From Phoronis australis (lineage: Eukaryota > Animalia > Phoronida), in contig NMRA01000218.1 of the NCBI GenBank assembly GCA_002633005.1, forward strand, positions 205,113 to 269,112: 64,000 nucleotides of DNA. The letters run 5' to 3'. The position numbers and the translations under genes were made by a program. Positions within the stretch are counted from its first letter, which is position 1. Every line of letters begins with the position of its first letter. Shown one piece after another: positions 1 to 11,289 of this stretch. Under the pieces are notes generated by a model, which was given only the letters and a program-made list of their open reading frames with translations, was not told the origin of the DNA and ran no database searches.

Positions 1-210
1 AACTCGAAATTTCGAGTTTTTACTCGAGTTTGTAGCATGAATATAAGGGTCTTCAAGGGCAAACTTGAACTAGAAACTCCTATGCATAAACTATAATGTA
101 TTCGAGCACAGTCTGATAACCAATTATCTTAAGTTCGCACAAAAGGAGCAGAGAAATTGCCAAAAATAGTTTCGAGTTCGTTTCGAGTACAAAGATTAGA
201 GACCGGGCCC
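1..210. mobile_element. Right end of a probable PIF/Harbinger-like MITE (TACC intron)
   Basis: Internal CTCGA/TCGAG palindromic repeats ending in GAGACCGGGCCC-TG, a terminus style I associate with Harbinger-type MITEs; left end lies outside the window. Confidence 0.3.
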
Positions 211-899
211 TGATGATGCTCTGAAGTTAATGAAATTCAGGCATTTTTTTAAGTTCCTGCATGACCTTTATGTTCCGGCTGATCACCAGTGAGTTTTCTG
301 AGGTCCCCTTTCTGTGCTTAATTTTCTTCCTGGCACTTCATTGACAGCATGTCATTTACAGATGACTGGGTTTAGTTGTCTAGCTAAAGTGTTTGTGGGT
401 CTGTCCTGTGAACTGTTCCTCCACCCTGTGCATGGGACATCCTCTGTTACTGTTCACTGCCAACATATGCCTAGTTTTAAATGGCACATTTTTACAGACA
501 AATTGAATGTGTTGCTCATGGAGACATTACCCTGGAGACTTTGAAAGACATTTAATTAATCACATTTAATTAATTCTTATTATCTTGAAGACAGGCACAC
601 TAGACTGATTGAACTGGTTACACTGTTGTAAGGTGGCGTGGTGATTATTGAGGACACAGAAAATTCACTGAATTTGGAAATATTCTCTCACAACCATTCC
701 CTTTATAATTTTGAATGGAAGATGTTGATTTGCTTGAGGTTCATAAATGGCCTCAAAACTTGTCAGTGGAGGGGGTGCTAGACTAGTCTTAAAGTAGCCT
801 AACTGTCGATAAAATGAAATGATGCTAGCACTTCAAGTCAACCGGAGTTTAATTTAGGTTCTGTCACTGATGCCAATGACAATTAGTTGAATTTCCTTA

Positions 900-1790
900 T
901 CAATCATAGTTACTCCCTCTCAGCACTTTTAAAGACAACTTCTGAGTGCAAAATACACACTTCCGGAAGAGCCCACCACCTTTTTCTAAAAGAACCTTTG
1001 AATTTTTTTGCTGACGCGAAATCACTTTGGAAATCTGGGCATCTGAGGCACCAGTGAATTGTATGTGGAACCAAACGCTGTCCATCATTTATTCTGTGGC
1101 CATCCAATGACAAACGGCCTTCAGATTGCCGCAATATCGGAAAATGGCCATTGCAGAGGCTACTCACCAGCTGGTGGAGTTCTTTTTGTCCAGTTTTGTT
1201 CACGGAGCTTGAATAGCAATATTCACTTGCCTCGACTATTCAGATTAACGAGATCAGAATTTGCTGACAACTAGTAAGCTCACCTATGTCTGGTGTAGAA
1301 AACATCACCAAGAGTTTGAACTGATAAAACACTGATCGGCATCACCAACACAAAAGGTCCTATGTCGATCCATGTCGGCTAGATCCATCGTACATAATTT
1401 GAAAGCTGCTTTCATACTCTCACAGTGGTAAGGAATTGTGTGTCTGATGTTTCCTGTTCGTATACCGTAATGGTTGGTCAACTGTGAAACTGCCAGTAAC
1501 CAAACAGGGTGAAGAAGTGTCACGCATAAATGCATTTTTGTGACATGTGGTTGCTCCAGTCTTTCTCTGAGTCTGAACATTGACTTGCAACCACTGTATA
1601 ATGTAGCCTAATATACACAAAAATGTGTGCCAACATTAAGTCTTTTTCGTTTTTCAAGGACTTCTCCTCATTGCTTTGAAAGACCAATTGTTCAAAACAT
1701 TGGCATTCACTGCCTAGTATAGAAGGCATATGTTTTAACCCACATCTTATTTTTCATGGAAAAAATGGATTTCGTCTGTCGGCCATAGTG
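900..1790 (-). pseudogene. Degenerate transposon coding relic: P2X7-C-terminal-like (KolX-type) Cys-rich domain, possibly followed by a THAP-like start
   Basis: Frameshifted minus-strand peptides CGLKHMPSILGSECQCFE ... CVTLLHPVWLLAVSQ ... ESMKAAF/NYVRWI resemble the CxCxxCxxMPT..ECxCC..NSMRKAAYRQYxxW pattern; downstream FVIG..N / DSVWFH / VCILH is weakly THAP-like. Confidence 0.35.
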
Positions 1791-4644
1791 CATCCTGAAT
1801 TGTTGAGATTTCAAGCCAATGCTCATTTGATAATATTATGCCTAACAGTCTAACCTTGGCAATGTACAGTTCATTTGTATATAGTGACTGTTGTGAAACT
1901 TAATTCCAGTTGATTTGGATTTTCTTGAAGCTTTGTTTGGTAACCACATTTTCTCCAGAGAGATGAGTCATGAGTTATTCCATATTCTCATATGTAAAAG
2001 CCATTAGTTTCAATTGGATTGATATTTTTTTCTGTTTTGTAGCATTGCATTTAGTTGGATAGATGGTGCTAGGTTGTGAAGAGATTCTGATAGGAATCGG
2101 TGTCTTAATTGATTTGGTGCAAATTGAAGTTTGAAATTTCCGTAATATTCTGTTTTACCTAGGTCAAGGTTGTCCAGTGACAGCCATGACTGTAATACAC
2201 TTGGTGTAGTAATGAATGTGGTGAAGCTGTCAGAATTTAATTTTTGCTGTTTCTGTTTACTGATGACTAAAACTAAATGTCAGTGAAGGTTACTGGACCA
2301 TTATTGCTGTAGTTTACAAAATAAACTAGACAGGCTTCCAGGTAACTGAAGGAACTGAACTGCCATCTGTGAAACTTGGATTAACTTTTTGCCAGACTTA
2401 TTTAGCGGTCAGCTTGTCCACGATCAGGGTGATTTTTGGCCACCAGATTCGCCATTATGAATTTGTAGCTTTGACTGTCCTGAACAGTTTGTGAACACTT
2501 GTTTTGAGCACCCGAACCCAATATTGTGTGAATCGTCAACTATTTAAGTGATAATAAAAACGAATGGGTATCTACGGAAAATACAAAACAAGTATTTACT
2601 CAAGTTTCTTGATCTCGAATAAACTGATACTCGATAACTAAGTCTAGGTATTTTTATTTTATTATAATTCCAACATGCATACACAAACTTTATACCATGG
2701 TTAAACATTGTTGCCATGGAGTGTCCTTGTTGAAGTTTAGGACGCTACAAACACTGCATTCATGGATGGCAGTAGTTATTGTCAACTCTTGAGATATTTA
2801 TCATTAATTGACTGTGAATAAAGTGTGTCTAGAAGCATGTTCCATAAGATAAAACACTGAGTAAGATAACAGTAACTGGTAAACTGGTAGTTTATGAAAC
2901 TCAATACTTACTGTTTAGGAAGCCGGAATCTTAATACTTCTGGTTATGATTATGAACCCTTCATAATAGTCTCCTATAATGATCCCTTACAAACTGTAGA
3001 GAACTTATCCCTTGTCCTGACCAGATTAAGACAGGTTACCTTGGTTTCCAAGGATCGGGATTCAGGTTCATTTTAAATGAAGTGTTATAACGGGTCCATA
3101 AAACTATATTCTCTAAAATCCTTGATGATCACATAGTCACGAAAGCAATATGCTGTCTACCAGATGTTTCTAAATGCATGGTTTCTTTTTTCTGATGAGA
3201 TTTTTCATGGGGATAGCCGAATTTCCCACTACACAATTTTGCGAAAGCCAAACGTTTTTTGTTTTTTTTTTCAATGGAGGATTCCGTCTTAAGTTTGTTT
3301 CATCACAACAGTATAATGTAATTGCTTGTCTATCCATGACACAAATTCTCACTAGTCACTTTGATGCAGCCATTCGGCCTAGATCAAGTTTTTGCCTTCC
3401 ATAGTTTCTCCTCACTACATTCTGATCAAAAAGCAATATTGATTATCTGTCAAATTCTAATTGTAGATGCTGCAGTGTGTCCTCCGCTGACATTTGTTGC
3501 CAAACAAACAAGTCACGTAATTGAGACGCATGCACTTTAAGCACTCTTTGAACTTGTGTTATCAGCTTTCCATTATATTTTGCTTAAAGACCGTGTCTTA
3601 CTTGCCCATACAGTTGGTTTAAAAAAGATTGTGACTGGTTGAAACTTATCTGGCTTCCTTCAACAATATGGCATATGCCTTGAATGAACACTATGCAAAG
3701 ATAAGACAGAGTGTCCTTAAATAAAGAGCTTGAGTAAAACATTTTGTCTAAAATTTGGAAGAGAAGCAATTTTCAGTCTTTTGCATGGAGCTAGCGGTTG
3801 AATTAGTACGTACAGGAACTAGATGATATTTTACTGCCGATGTAGTTTTAAGCTTGTGATGTGCGTGTATCCCAACACTTTGTAATAAGTGTTGTCAAGG
3901 CTCTAACAATACAAATGTCTCAAACTTGAGAGTGTGACCAGACCCTCTTCTTGAGGGTGTCCAGGGCATCCAAGTGGACATCCTAGTTTAGTTAGGCTGC
4001 TATGGCCAGCATTTAGACACACAAGTACACTGAGCATTACGAAGCAGGAGTATTTTGCTAACAACACCTCTTGGGGCTCCTTTGCCTGTCCAGAAAAAAA
4101 AGGAAAGTTTGTCTAGAAGTGATGTAAGATATGAACAACTTACTGTAGACCTATGGCTCGGTGATCACATTCCACACTATGACGGTAATTCAACGAGGCT
4201 CATAAAAATGCTGTCAAATGTTATTGGTCATGGGCACCCTCAGAAATTGGGTAATCCACTTTGCACACTACTTTTGAAATTCTGGATGAACCCATGCTTG
4301 TTCTTGAATGGTTGTTAAGATAGGGGTTAACTTGTCATATTTTTGTTTGAAGTGGCAATAGACAGTTTGTAAATGTTGCAAGTTTCGCCATATCAGGCAA
4401 ATGAAAAAAAAAAATGATTCAGAGGTTGACAAGTTGATTATGTAATGTACGACACATTAATATTTCAACGTGATTGAAACCAAAGTATTTGAACTTGCCA
4501 ATAGGTTTGTAAGTGTGTCAGTTTTCTGAGAGTATCTCTACCTCAACCAAGCTGCAGATCGTCTCTTTGGGCCGGAGGGCATTCTGCTTATTCAATCCAA
4601 TCGTCCAGTATGTGTCATTAAGTTCAGATCTGTTCCCGTTTCAG

Positions 4645-4716
4645 GCTAGCGCAGGAGGTGAAAGTGGTCGAGACACGCCATCCCTCATGTCCTCAGCCAC
4701 TGAAGAGATTGTCAAG
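4645..4716 (+). CDS. TACC: TACC exon (ASAGGESGRDTPSLMSSATEEIVK); first exon recognisable in window
   Basis: ttcccgtttcAG acceptor, AAG|GTATGT donor, 72 bp phase 0-0, joins in frame to the next exon. Confidence 0.7.
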
Positions 4717-5489
4717 GTATGTGTGAGTAATGTCATTCATAAAATTCGACCAATAGGTGTGCGGCCGTCTCCTACGGATCGGCTACTGATCTTGTGTTAA
4801 TTTTAGGAAGTGTATGGAATGCTGTGTAAGTGCCCATTGGTGTATGCTCTGTTTACAACAGTTGGTGCTTAGTTATTCCAGGTGCATCTGTAGATTTTAT
4901 TGCAACCAGAATCTCGTGAGGTTTACCACTGAAGATTTGTTCCTTTCCTGGCTGTGTGCCTTTCCCCTCATTGGGTTACTTTACAGATTTGGACAGCCAC
5001 GAGCCGTGGGAGTTCCCCCTTTACAGGCAATAGTCATCAAGATCAGAAGTCTGTTTTCACAAACAGTTTTGGTAGTAGTGTTTAAAAAGTGAAGTGAAAC
5101 CTACCCAGTTGTAAAGGCTCTCTTATCGAAAGAGGTTTCAAGTAGGACATGTTTCGTGTGTTTTATACCCTGTTCACAAACTGGCTAAAATGTGAGTGGC
5201 CATAATTCTAGTTTTGTGTACGGTTGCAAGGACATCTTTTGTTGATGGTTTGAGTTACATTCAGAAGTTGCAGAATTAACATCAGTTGTTTCTTTCAAAT
5301 CATGTCGGTGATAAAGATACAAACTGATTGTTGGCAAAAATTAACCCTTTCGGGACAGCGCAGTTGTCTGGATGAAACTATGGCATTTTCACCTCTTGTT
5401 CAAAGCTAGTAAATGAGGTTCACTTTGCAAATTTATGGATGATTTTCACATGATCATTTGCAAAATTTGAACCTCCTATTGTGTTTCAG

Positions 5490-5668
5490 GTGTGCAAGTA
5501 CTCTGATGCTGACCTGGATGAGGTGCGTCGTACCTTGGAGATGGACTTCCAGTCCAGGCTCCTGGCCAAGGAGAGGGACTGGGACAAGAAGTTGAGAGAC
5601 AAGGAGACCCACGCAGCCGTGTTGAGTGACCAGGTCACCAAACTGACAGAGTCTAATGTACAGATGAA
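5490..5668 (+). CDS. TACC: TACC exon (VCKYSDADLDEVRRTLEMDFQSRLLAKERDWDKKL...QM)
   Basis: tttcAG / GTGAGT; acidic coiled coil with the Y-S-x-x-D-L start of the TACC domain; phase 0-2. Confidence 0.9.
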
Positions 5669-6782
5669 GTGAGTGAAGGGATGTATGTCCAGTTGTGGGC
5701 AGTGGGCGACTCGGGTGTCCTTGAGTTCTGATACATGTGTCTAGTAATTAAGAATACCAGTAAAATGTCCATTAACAGCACCAAATAAACCAGCTTTCTT
5801 ATTGATCCACTCAAAAGCACACATCTACGTATAGTTCAAATTTACTTCAGAACTGCTGTTCAGGCTATTTTGTGTACAATGGCCAGCCGTGCTTTGCCGA
5901 AAGGCGCCTCAGGTTCTGATACAAAATCTTTTCTTGAAATAAAAGTTCCCCCAATCAAGTAAAGCCCCGTGCTCAGGACTATTCATACTGGTATTCGGGC
6001 AGCTGTGGCTAATTTTCCTTTCCACGCTTTTGGAAATATTGATAAAATTTCCATTAAAGTTTGTTAGTAGAAGATTGTTATCAATAATCCTTAACTGGTG
6101 TACAGTCCTTGTGTTCACTAAGAAATTTGTGAGACATCATTGCTTATATGTGTGTTCGTTCAAGTAGTCACTAACTTCAGCCTGTAAATTTCCCCTTGCT
6201 TGTGAACATCCTCCTCTCTATATCAAAACAAGTCAATATGGTTCATCTCTACCGTCACTCAGAGAATGCTATGTTGATGTTGGAGATTTTCACCAGAGTT
6301 AAGTTAAACTTGTTAGGTCTTGTCACCACTGTTTACAAGTTGGTTAACGTCGCTTAGTGTGGTCAGGCTGAAGAATCCTGACGCATTTCTTTAAAGCCAG
6401 AACTTTATACATAATTTATATTTCTTCTTTGTTCACATTATTGAGTTGAAAATCCCTAGTAATTGCATTAACAAATGTCAAGTTACTAAATTTTGCTTTT
6501 CAGATTAATTTTGCTCTCTAATTATGCCGTTTGTGAAAATAGCTACCTCTTGCACATCCGATACCTAGAATTTAGTCATCGCTTCACTTCAAACAAACTA
6601 TCTGATCGCCAGATGTCTAACTACTTCTCGATAACGCATTATTCCGTTAGTGGACATTTGACCACTAGTCATTAAATGTCCTCTGTATTGATTAACTAGA
6701 AGCAGTTTGTTGACCTCTGGTCAGTGGTCATCATCAGAGTAAATACTGCCTGCATTTGATTTATTCATTTTCAATTTTACAG

Positions 6783-6826
6783 AAAAATAGTGAGTGACTA
6801 TGAAACCACCATTAATCAGCTGATTG
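6783..6826 (+). CDS. TACC: TACC exon (KIVSDYETTINQLI)
   Basis: ttttacAG / GTAAGT; matches the TACC motif KIVAEYEKTIAQMI; phase 2-1. Confidence 0.92.
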
Positions 6827-7091
6827 GTAAGTGCTTCTTCATTACAGAAGTTTTTTATGACAATGAAATGGATTCTGTGTGGAGGAATTGTGGTGTCTCA
6901 ATTTTACCAGAATTGAAGCATCAAGGAACCTGCCCTTAGACATATTCATAAGGTGCTAGGATTTGTTTGGTTATGAGGCGTTTGACTGTGCTGAACTCGT
7001 AACACCTTTGCAGATTGCGTTAGTGTAATTGATTTATTCTGGATACTCTCGAGCTTATTTGTAGTATTGATCCGTTGCGTCTCTGTTCCAG

Positions 7092-7159
7092 TTGATAATG
7101 AGAGTAAGTCGTCGGCGTCCCAGGAATCACTGACAGACCTGGTGAAGGAAAGGGACCAG
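7092..7159 (+). CDS. TACC: TACC exon (VDNESKSSASQESLTDLVKERDQ)
   Basis: tgttccAG / GTGCGT; phase 1-0; ends KERDQ as in TACC proteins. Confidence 0.88.
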
Positions 7160-7773
7160 GTGCGTGTAGCCTGTGCAATATTGTCAGTGTGATATGCCAA
7201 TTAAATATTGTCTCCTCAAAGATATTTTCAGTGGAAATATCTTGACTCATTGACAATACATTTCATCCTGAAATCCAGCAATCCAATTCTAAAACCATTC
7301 TTGACGGGCTTTTTTTTTGGTTATTGTTTTAACCTCGAAGTAGCCGCGTTCCTTCCAGGATGCAAGTTTGTATTCAGACCACTTACCTCTATAAAATTAG
7401 TGTCTGATGGTCCCTTGCTTAGATGAGGATTGATTTCTGACTTGGCTCTTTGAGACCTTGCACAGTTCATAAAATGAGAAGCTGTCGCTAGCCTACTTCC
7501 AAAGCCCAGTTTCAAGTAATAACAACCCGTCACTTCTTTTGAAGCCCTGGTGTCGCTGTCATTTTAACTAGGAAACTGTGAAACTTATTTCATGGCTGCA
7601 CGTTGTCTGAGTCAAAAATTGTTTTTTGTTTAGGAAGCGGGTTCATGGCGATGTATTTTCAATGCTGGGAAGAATTACTTTACAGTTTTGTTGTTTTTGT
7701 TTTTATCTGAACCGATCCCGCAAGCTGTTGTGGGTTTTAAGTTTGTTTTTCATGCGCTATGTCTTACTTTCAG

Positions 7774-7866
7774 GCATTAAGTGACCTGGATTCTGTTGAG
7801 AAGGCGTTTTCAGACCTGCACAGGAGATATGAGAAGTTGAAGGAGGCCATTGATGGTTTTAAGAAG
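7774..7866 (+). CDS. TACC: TACC exon (ALSDLDSVEKAFSDLHRRYEKLKEAIDGFKK)
   Basis: ctttcAG / GTAATT; hallmark TACC motif DLxSVExAFSDLHRRYEK..GFKK. Confidence 0.96.
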
Positions 7867-8143
7867 GTAATTCCAGTGTTGCTTGTAACAGCATTCTTTA
7901 TTATTTTTACTTTGTTACGATAGCTAAAAGAATTTGGAAGGTTGAATTGACATATAATCTACTTTGAATGGTGCCACTAACAGTATTCGTTGCACTCTTT
8001 TTAATATTTTGCGGCAATATCTAGACATGCTTTGTTGCCACACAACAGTTTGACTTGACTTGTGCTCATAATGGCCCAGCTAGAGTTTTTGTCTTAATGA
8101 TCTTAATGCCCCTCAAGTGCTTAGCAGCTGAGATGCTTTACGG

Positions 8144-8450
8144 CAGACTGGAACCCAACCTTTTTTCGAGGGGGCTTCTTCATAGACAACAACAGCATTA
8201 ATTCTTGTTTTTGCACAACAGACTGAAAGCTAACCTTTTTCAGGGGGGGTTCTCATAAACAACAACAGCGTTGATTTTTGTTTTTGCACAACAGACTGAA
8301 AGCTAACCTTTTTCAGGGGGGTTCTCATAGACAACAACAGCGTTGATTTTTGTTTTTGCAAAACAGACTGAATGTTAACCTTTTTAGGGGGGGTTCTCAT
8401 AGACGACAACAGCGTTGATTCTTGTTTTTGCACAACAGAGTGAAAGCTAA
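8144..8450 (+). repeat. Minisatellite, 72-75 bp unit, ~4.2 copies, plus an orphan copy at ~8600-8649
   Basis: Units begin CAGA(C/G)TG at 8144, 8219, 8292, 8364, 8436; core GGGGGTTCTCATAGACAACAACAGCGTTGATTTTTGTTTTTGCACAA. Confidence 0.9.
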
Positions 8451-8468
8451 TGTTGTTTTGATCCGCAG

Positions 8469-8575
8469 AATGAAGAGATCCTTAAGAAGTGCGTAGAGGA
8501 TCATCAAGGTCGGATCAAGAAGTGGGAGCAGAAGTACGCTCAACTGAAGCAACACGCTGAGGAGAAACTGGACGT
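8469..8575 (+). CDS. TACC: TACC exon ([35 protein letters not shown])
   Basis: atccgcAG / GTGAGT; NEExLKKC...LKxHAEEKL motif; phase 0-2. Confidence 0.96.
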
Positions 8576-9904
8576 GTGAGTGGGGTGTCACGTTTTGTGC
8601 GGGGGGGTCCTCATAGACATCGATGGCGTTGATTGATTTTGTGCACAACCTCGGCACAGTGGGAACATAAGCTGTGTTCGGGTGGGTTCTTTATCTAGGA
8701 CATGGTCTGCTGGGAACAGCGTGCACTGGATGTTTGAATCAACAAAATTGGATACCAGAGCTAGAACAGTGCGGCGACTGATGATATCGCATAGGCATTA
8801 ACTTTAAGCGCTATGAAATGTGGGAAACTCTTTTTGGTCCAATTTCTTGTTTTCACAGATTCTCTATTAAATAATCCTCCTTTCCCAAGGTTCACAGGAT
8901 TTTGTCAAAAATGTTTTCATTTCGGTGTATTCAAGGACCAGCGAACCGAGCACTTGTGCTTTGGTGAAGTTGTCACTATCTCTCGATACATGTCGATTTC
9001 CCCTAAAAGGCTTTTGCTTGGTGGTTGACCATCACAGTTGTATAGGGTTTTTGAAGTCCACGACAGACTTTTTAATAACAAAAGCGAGAATGTCTTGCCA
9101 GAAAATGAGGTAGACTCCTAGCCAACTGGATTCCTAGTACCTGTATAATAACTCGACTGCAAGCGACTAGCTAATAACTACTTCCTCCTTGCTCCAACTT
9201 TCCGTCCACCCAGTTATTTGCACCCGATTGTGTTATTCCTGGGAGAAATTGCACTAGCTCAAATGTCCATGTGGACTCATCTTTTGAGAGAATAGTCTTC
9301 GTCATGTGCAGTGTATCAACACATTTAGGTAAACAATGCCAGTTTTTATAAGTATTCACAGTTTTTGTGACTTTTCCACTAGTTTTCTCCTTTCCAGAAT
9401 TGGCAGAGTACGTTCAAAATTTTCAAAGAGATGCTAACATTAACATTTTCGTAGTTTTCACAAGCTTACTACAGTGCAAGAAATTTTCAAAAATTCTCCA
9501 ATTTGTTCGGCCACAGTTCCATAGTACACACCCAGTTTTTATAAAGTTACTTTTGTTGGGAAGTCTGACAAAACACAATTTCACCTGTATGCCATAATTT
9601 GTTCCATGATGACGATTTTCTAACTTTTTAATTGAAACCACAGATAACCAGTGTTGACCGAAGTTTAAGAGATTAATGCACCTCATAATTCTGAGTGTTG
9701 CATTTAGAAATGGATCTCTGAAATAATTCACCTCTCTTATCAAAGTAAACATTTAATACAGGTTTCAGTGAATGCACTATAGCATGGCCTCCGAAGAAAT
9801 TGGTTTACTGAAAGTTGAGAGGCTTCCGGCTGTTTTTGAACATTGTAGATTGTGTTTTGGTCTTGTAAATCTTCTTCATTTTGACGTACATGTTTTTTCT
9901 CCAG

Positions 9905-10025
9905 TGCCAATGAAGAAATAGATAAGGTGAAGAAATCAACCACATCCGACATGGCTCGCCTACAGGCAGCACTCAAGAGAGCTGAGATTCAGACGGAGGG
10001 TCTAGAGAGGTCACTGGAACAGAAG
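9905..10025 (+). CDS. TACC: TACC exon (ANEEIDKVKKSTTSDMARLQAALKRAEIQTEGLERSLEQK)
   Basis: tttttctccAG / GTATGG; ANEEI...LQAxL...LExxLEQK motif; phase 2-0. Confidence 0.96.
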
Positions 10026-10653
10026 GTATGGCAGGGTCTGGCATGGAACTGGTTTCTTATGTTGGAGACCTACTTTGTTGTGTGTAACGTAACTTTTTTG
10101 ATGAATACAAGGCCTTTGCTATGTGCACCTTGCGATTGTAAAACATTCTGTAGTGTTGGGGAGTTACGCATGATATTTGTTACTTTCAGTGGTCAGTGAA
10201 CACGTATCAAACGTTTCAGTTGAACGTTATCCCGGCACCAGATGGAACATTCTTTTGGGGTGGAATTGTGTATTTGAAATATCAGCTGGGATCCACTTTG
10301 TTGTTGGCAGTTTAACTACTGTCTGAAGGCGATTTCATCATGTAGTGATGAAGATAAAATTGAAAAATTAGTGTTGTCTTGCCTGCAAATCTTCTTTTTG
10401 ATTTTGTAATTCTAAATAGCTTCCTATTGTGTCACTTTCCCCAGTATGCCCCTCCCCCCAGAATTTGGTTTAATCTCTGTTGTCTAAAGAATGACAGAAT
10501 TTTTTGTAATAGGCGCAATGAATCATTTTGGTATTTCATGTCCAAGAATTAAATATATTAGTGTCATTTTGCTTATTGTCCGTTGTAACTTATCCAAGTG
10601 TTAGCAACAGACCTGTGTTTGGATATCAGTTGGTTTTTTGGTTCCTCCTTTAG

Positions 10654-10722
10654 GTGAAGGAGAATAAAGAACTCGCTGCCATCTGCGATGAGTTGATATC
10701 AAAAGTTGGTGACGGAAACTAA
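10654..10722 (+). CDS. TACC: TACC terminal coding exon (VKENKELAAICDELISKVGDGN*)
   Basis: cctttAG acceptor; ENxELxxICDELIxK C-terminal TACC signature; TAA stop at 10720-10722. Confidence 0.97.
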   Translation: MKENKELAAICDELISKVGDGN

Positions 10723-11185
10723 CCGACCAAGGAAATCATCGCTTGCACACGTTCTGTGCGGAGACATTGCGGATGTCCTGCAGTGTTCAAAGTTATACCA
10801 TTTTAGCACTGTCTATGCATTAAACATTCGAGTGGCATTAATTTGCGTCACTTACTCAGCGCTGTTCATTGGTTTTGTAAGAGTGAACACGGGAGTGTTT
10901 ATCTTGCAACGTCGTTCAAGGTGTCATAATGCAAGACGTTGGTCATTTGTCTTACGCCAGTTGTTTTTACACCCAAATTTGGCTCTCTGTAAAAACGCTT
11001 TCTAAGTTGTTGAGCAGACTTTGTGGTGGAGTTGTTGAGAAACCTCAGGATTTTTTGTGCAGAAATCCGTTTATTTCTGTGATTTGTGCTGATATTGTAT
11101 AGTTTAATTTGGTTAGATATTTGGCCACGTTGTTACTAAGAAACCGCTCTGTCCGTCTTACGTGCGTAACCGTTTGGTCAGTGAG

Positions 11186-11289
11186 TCATGTAAACACAGA
11201 AAAATCAGGAACCCCAACTGGTAAGAGCAGTCTAGAGACCTGGGGTTCGATTCCCAGTTGGGGTTAATGATTTTTCTGTGTTTATATGA
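11186..11289. repeat. 36-bp-arm inverted repeat with a tRNA-like (A/B box) loop
   Basis: Arms 11186-11221 and 11254-11289 match at 33/36; the interior contains TGGTAAGAGC and GGTTCGATTCCC. Confidence 0.8.

Noticed and set aside
8144-8450. Possible CRISPR-like array
   Set aside because: Head-to-tail units with no unique spacers, in a spliceosomal intron, with no cas genes.
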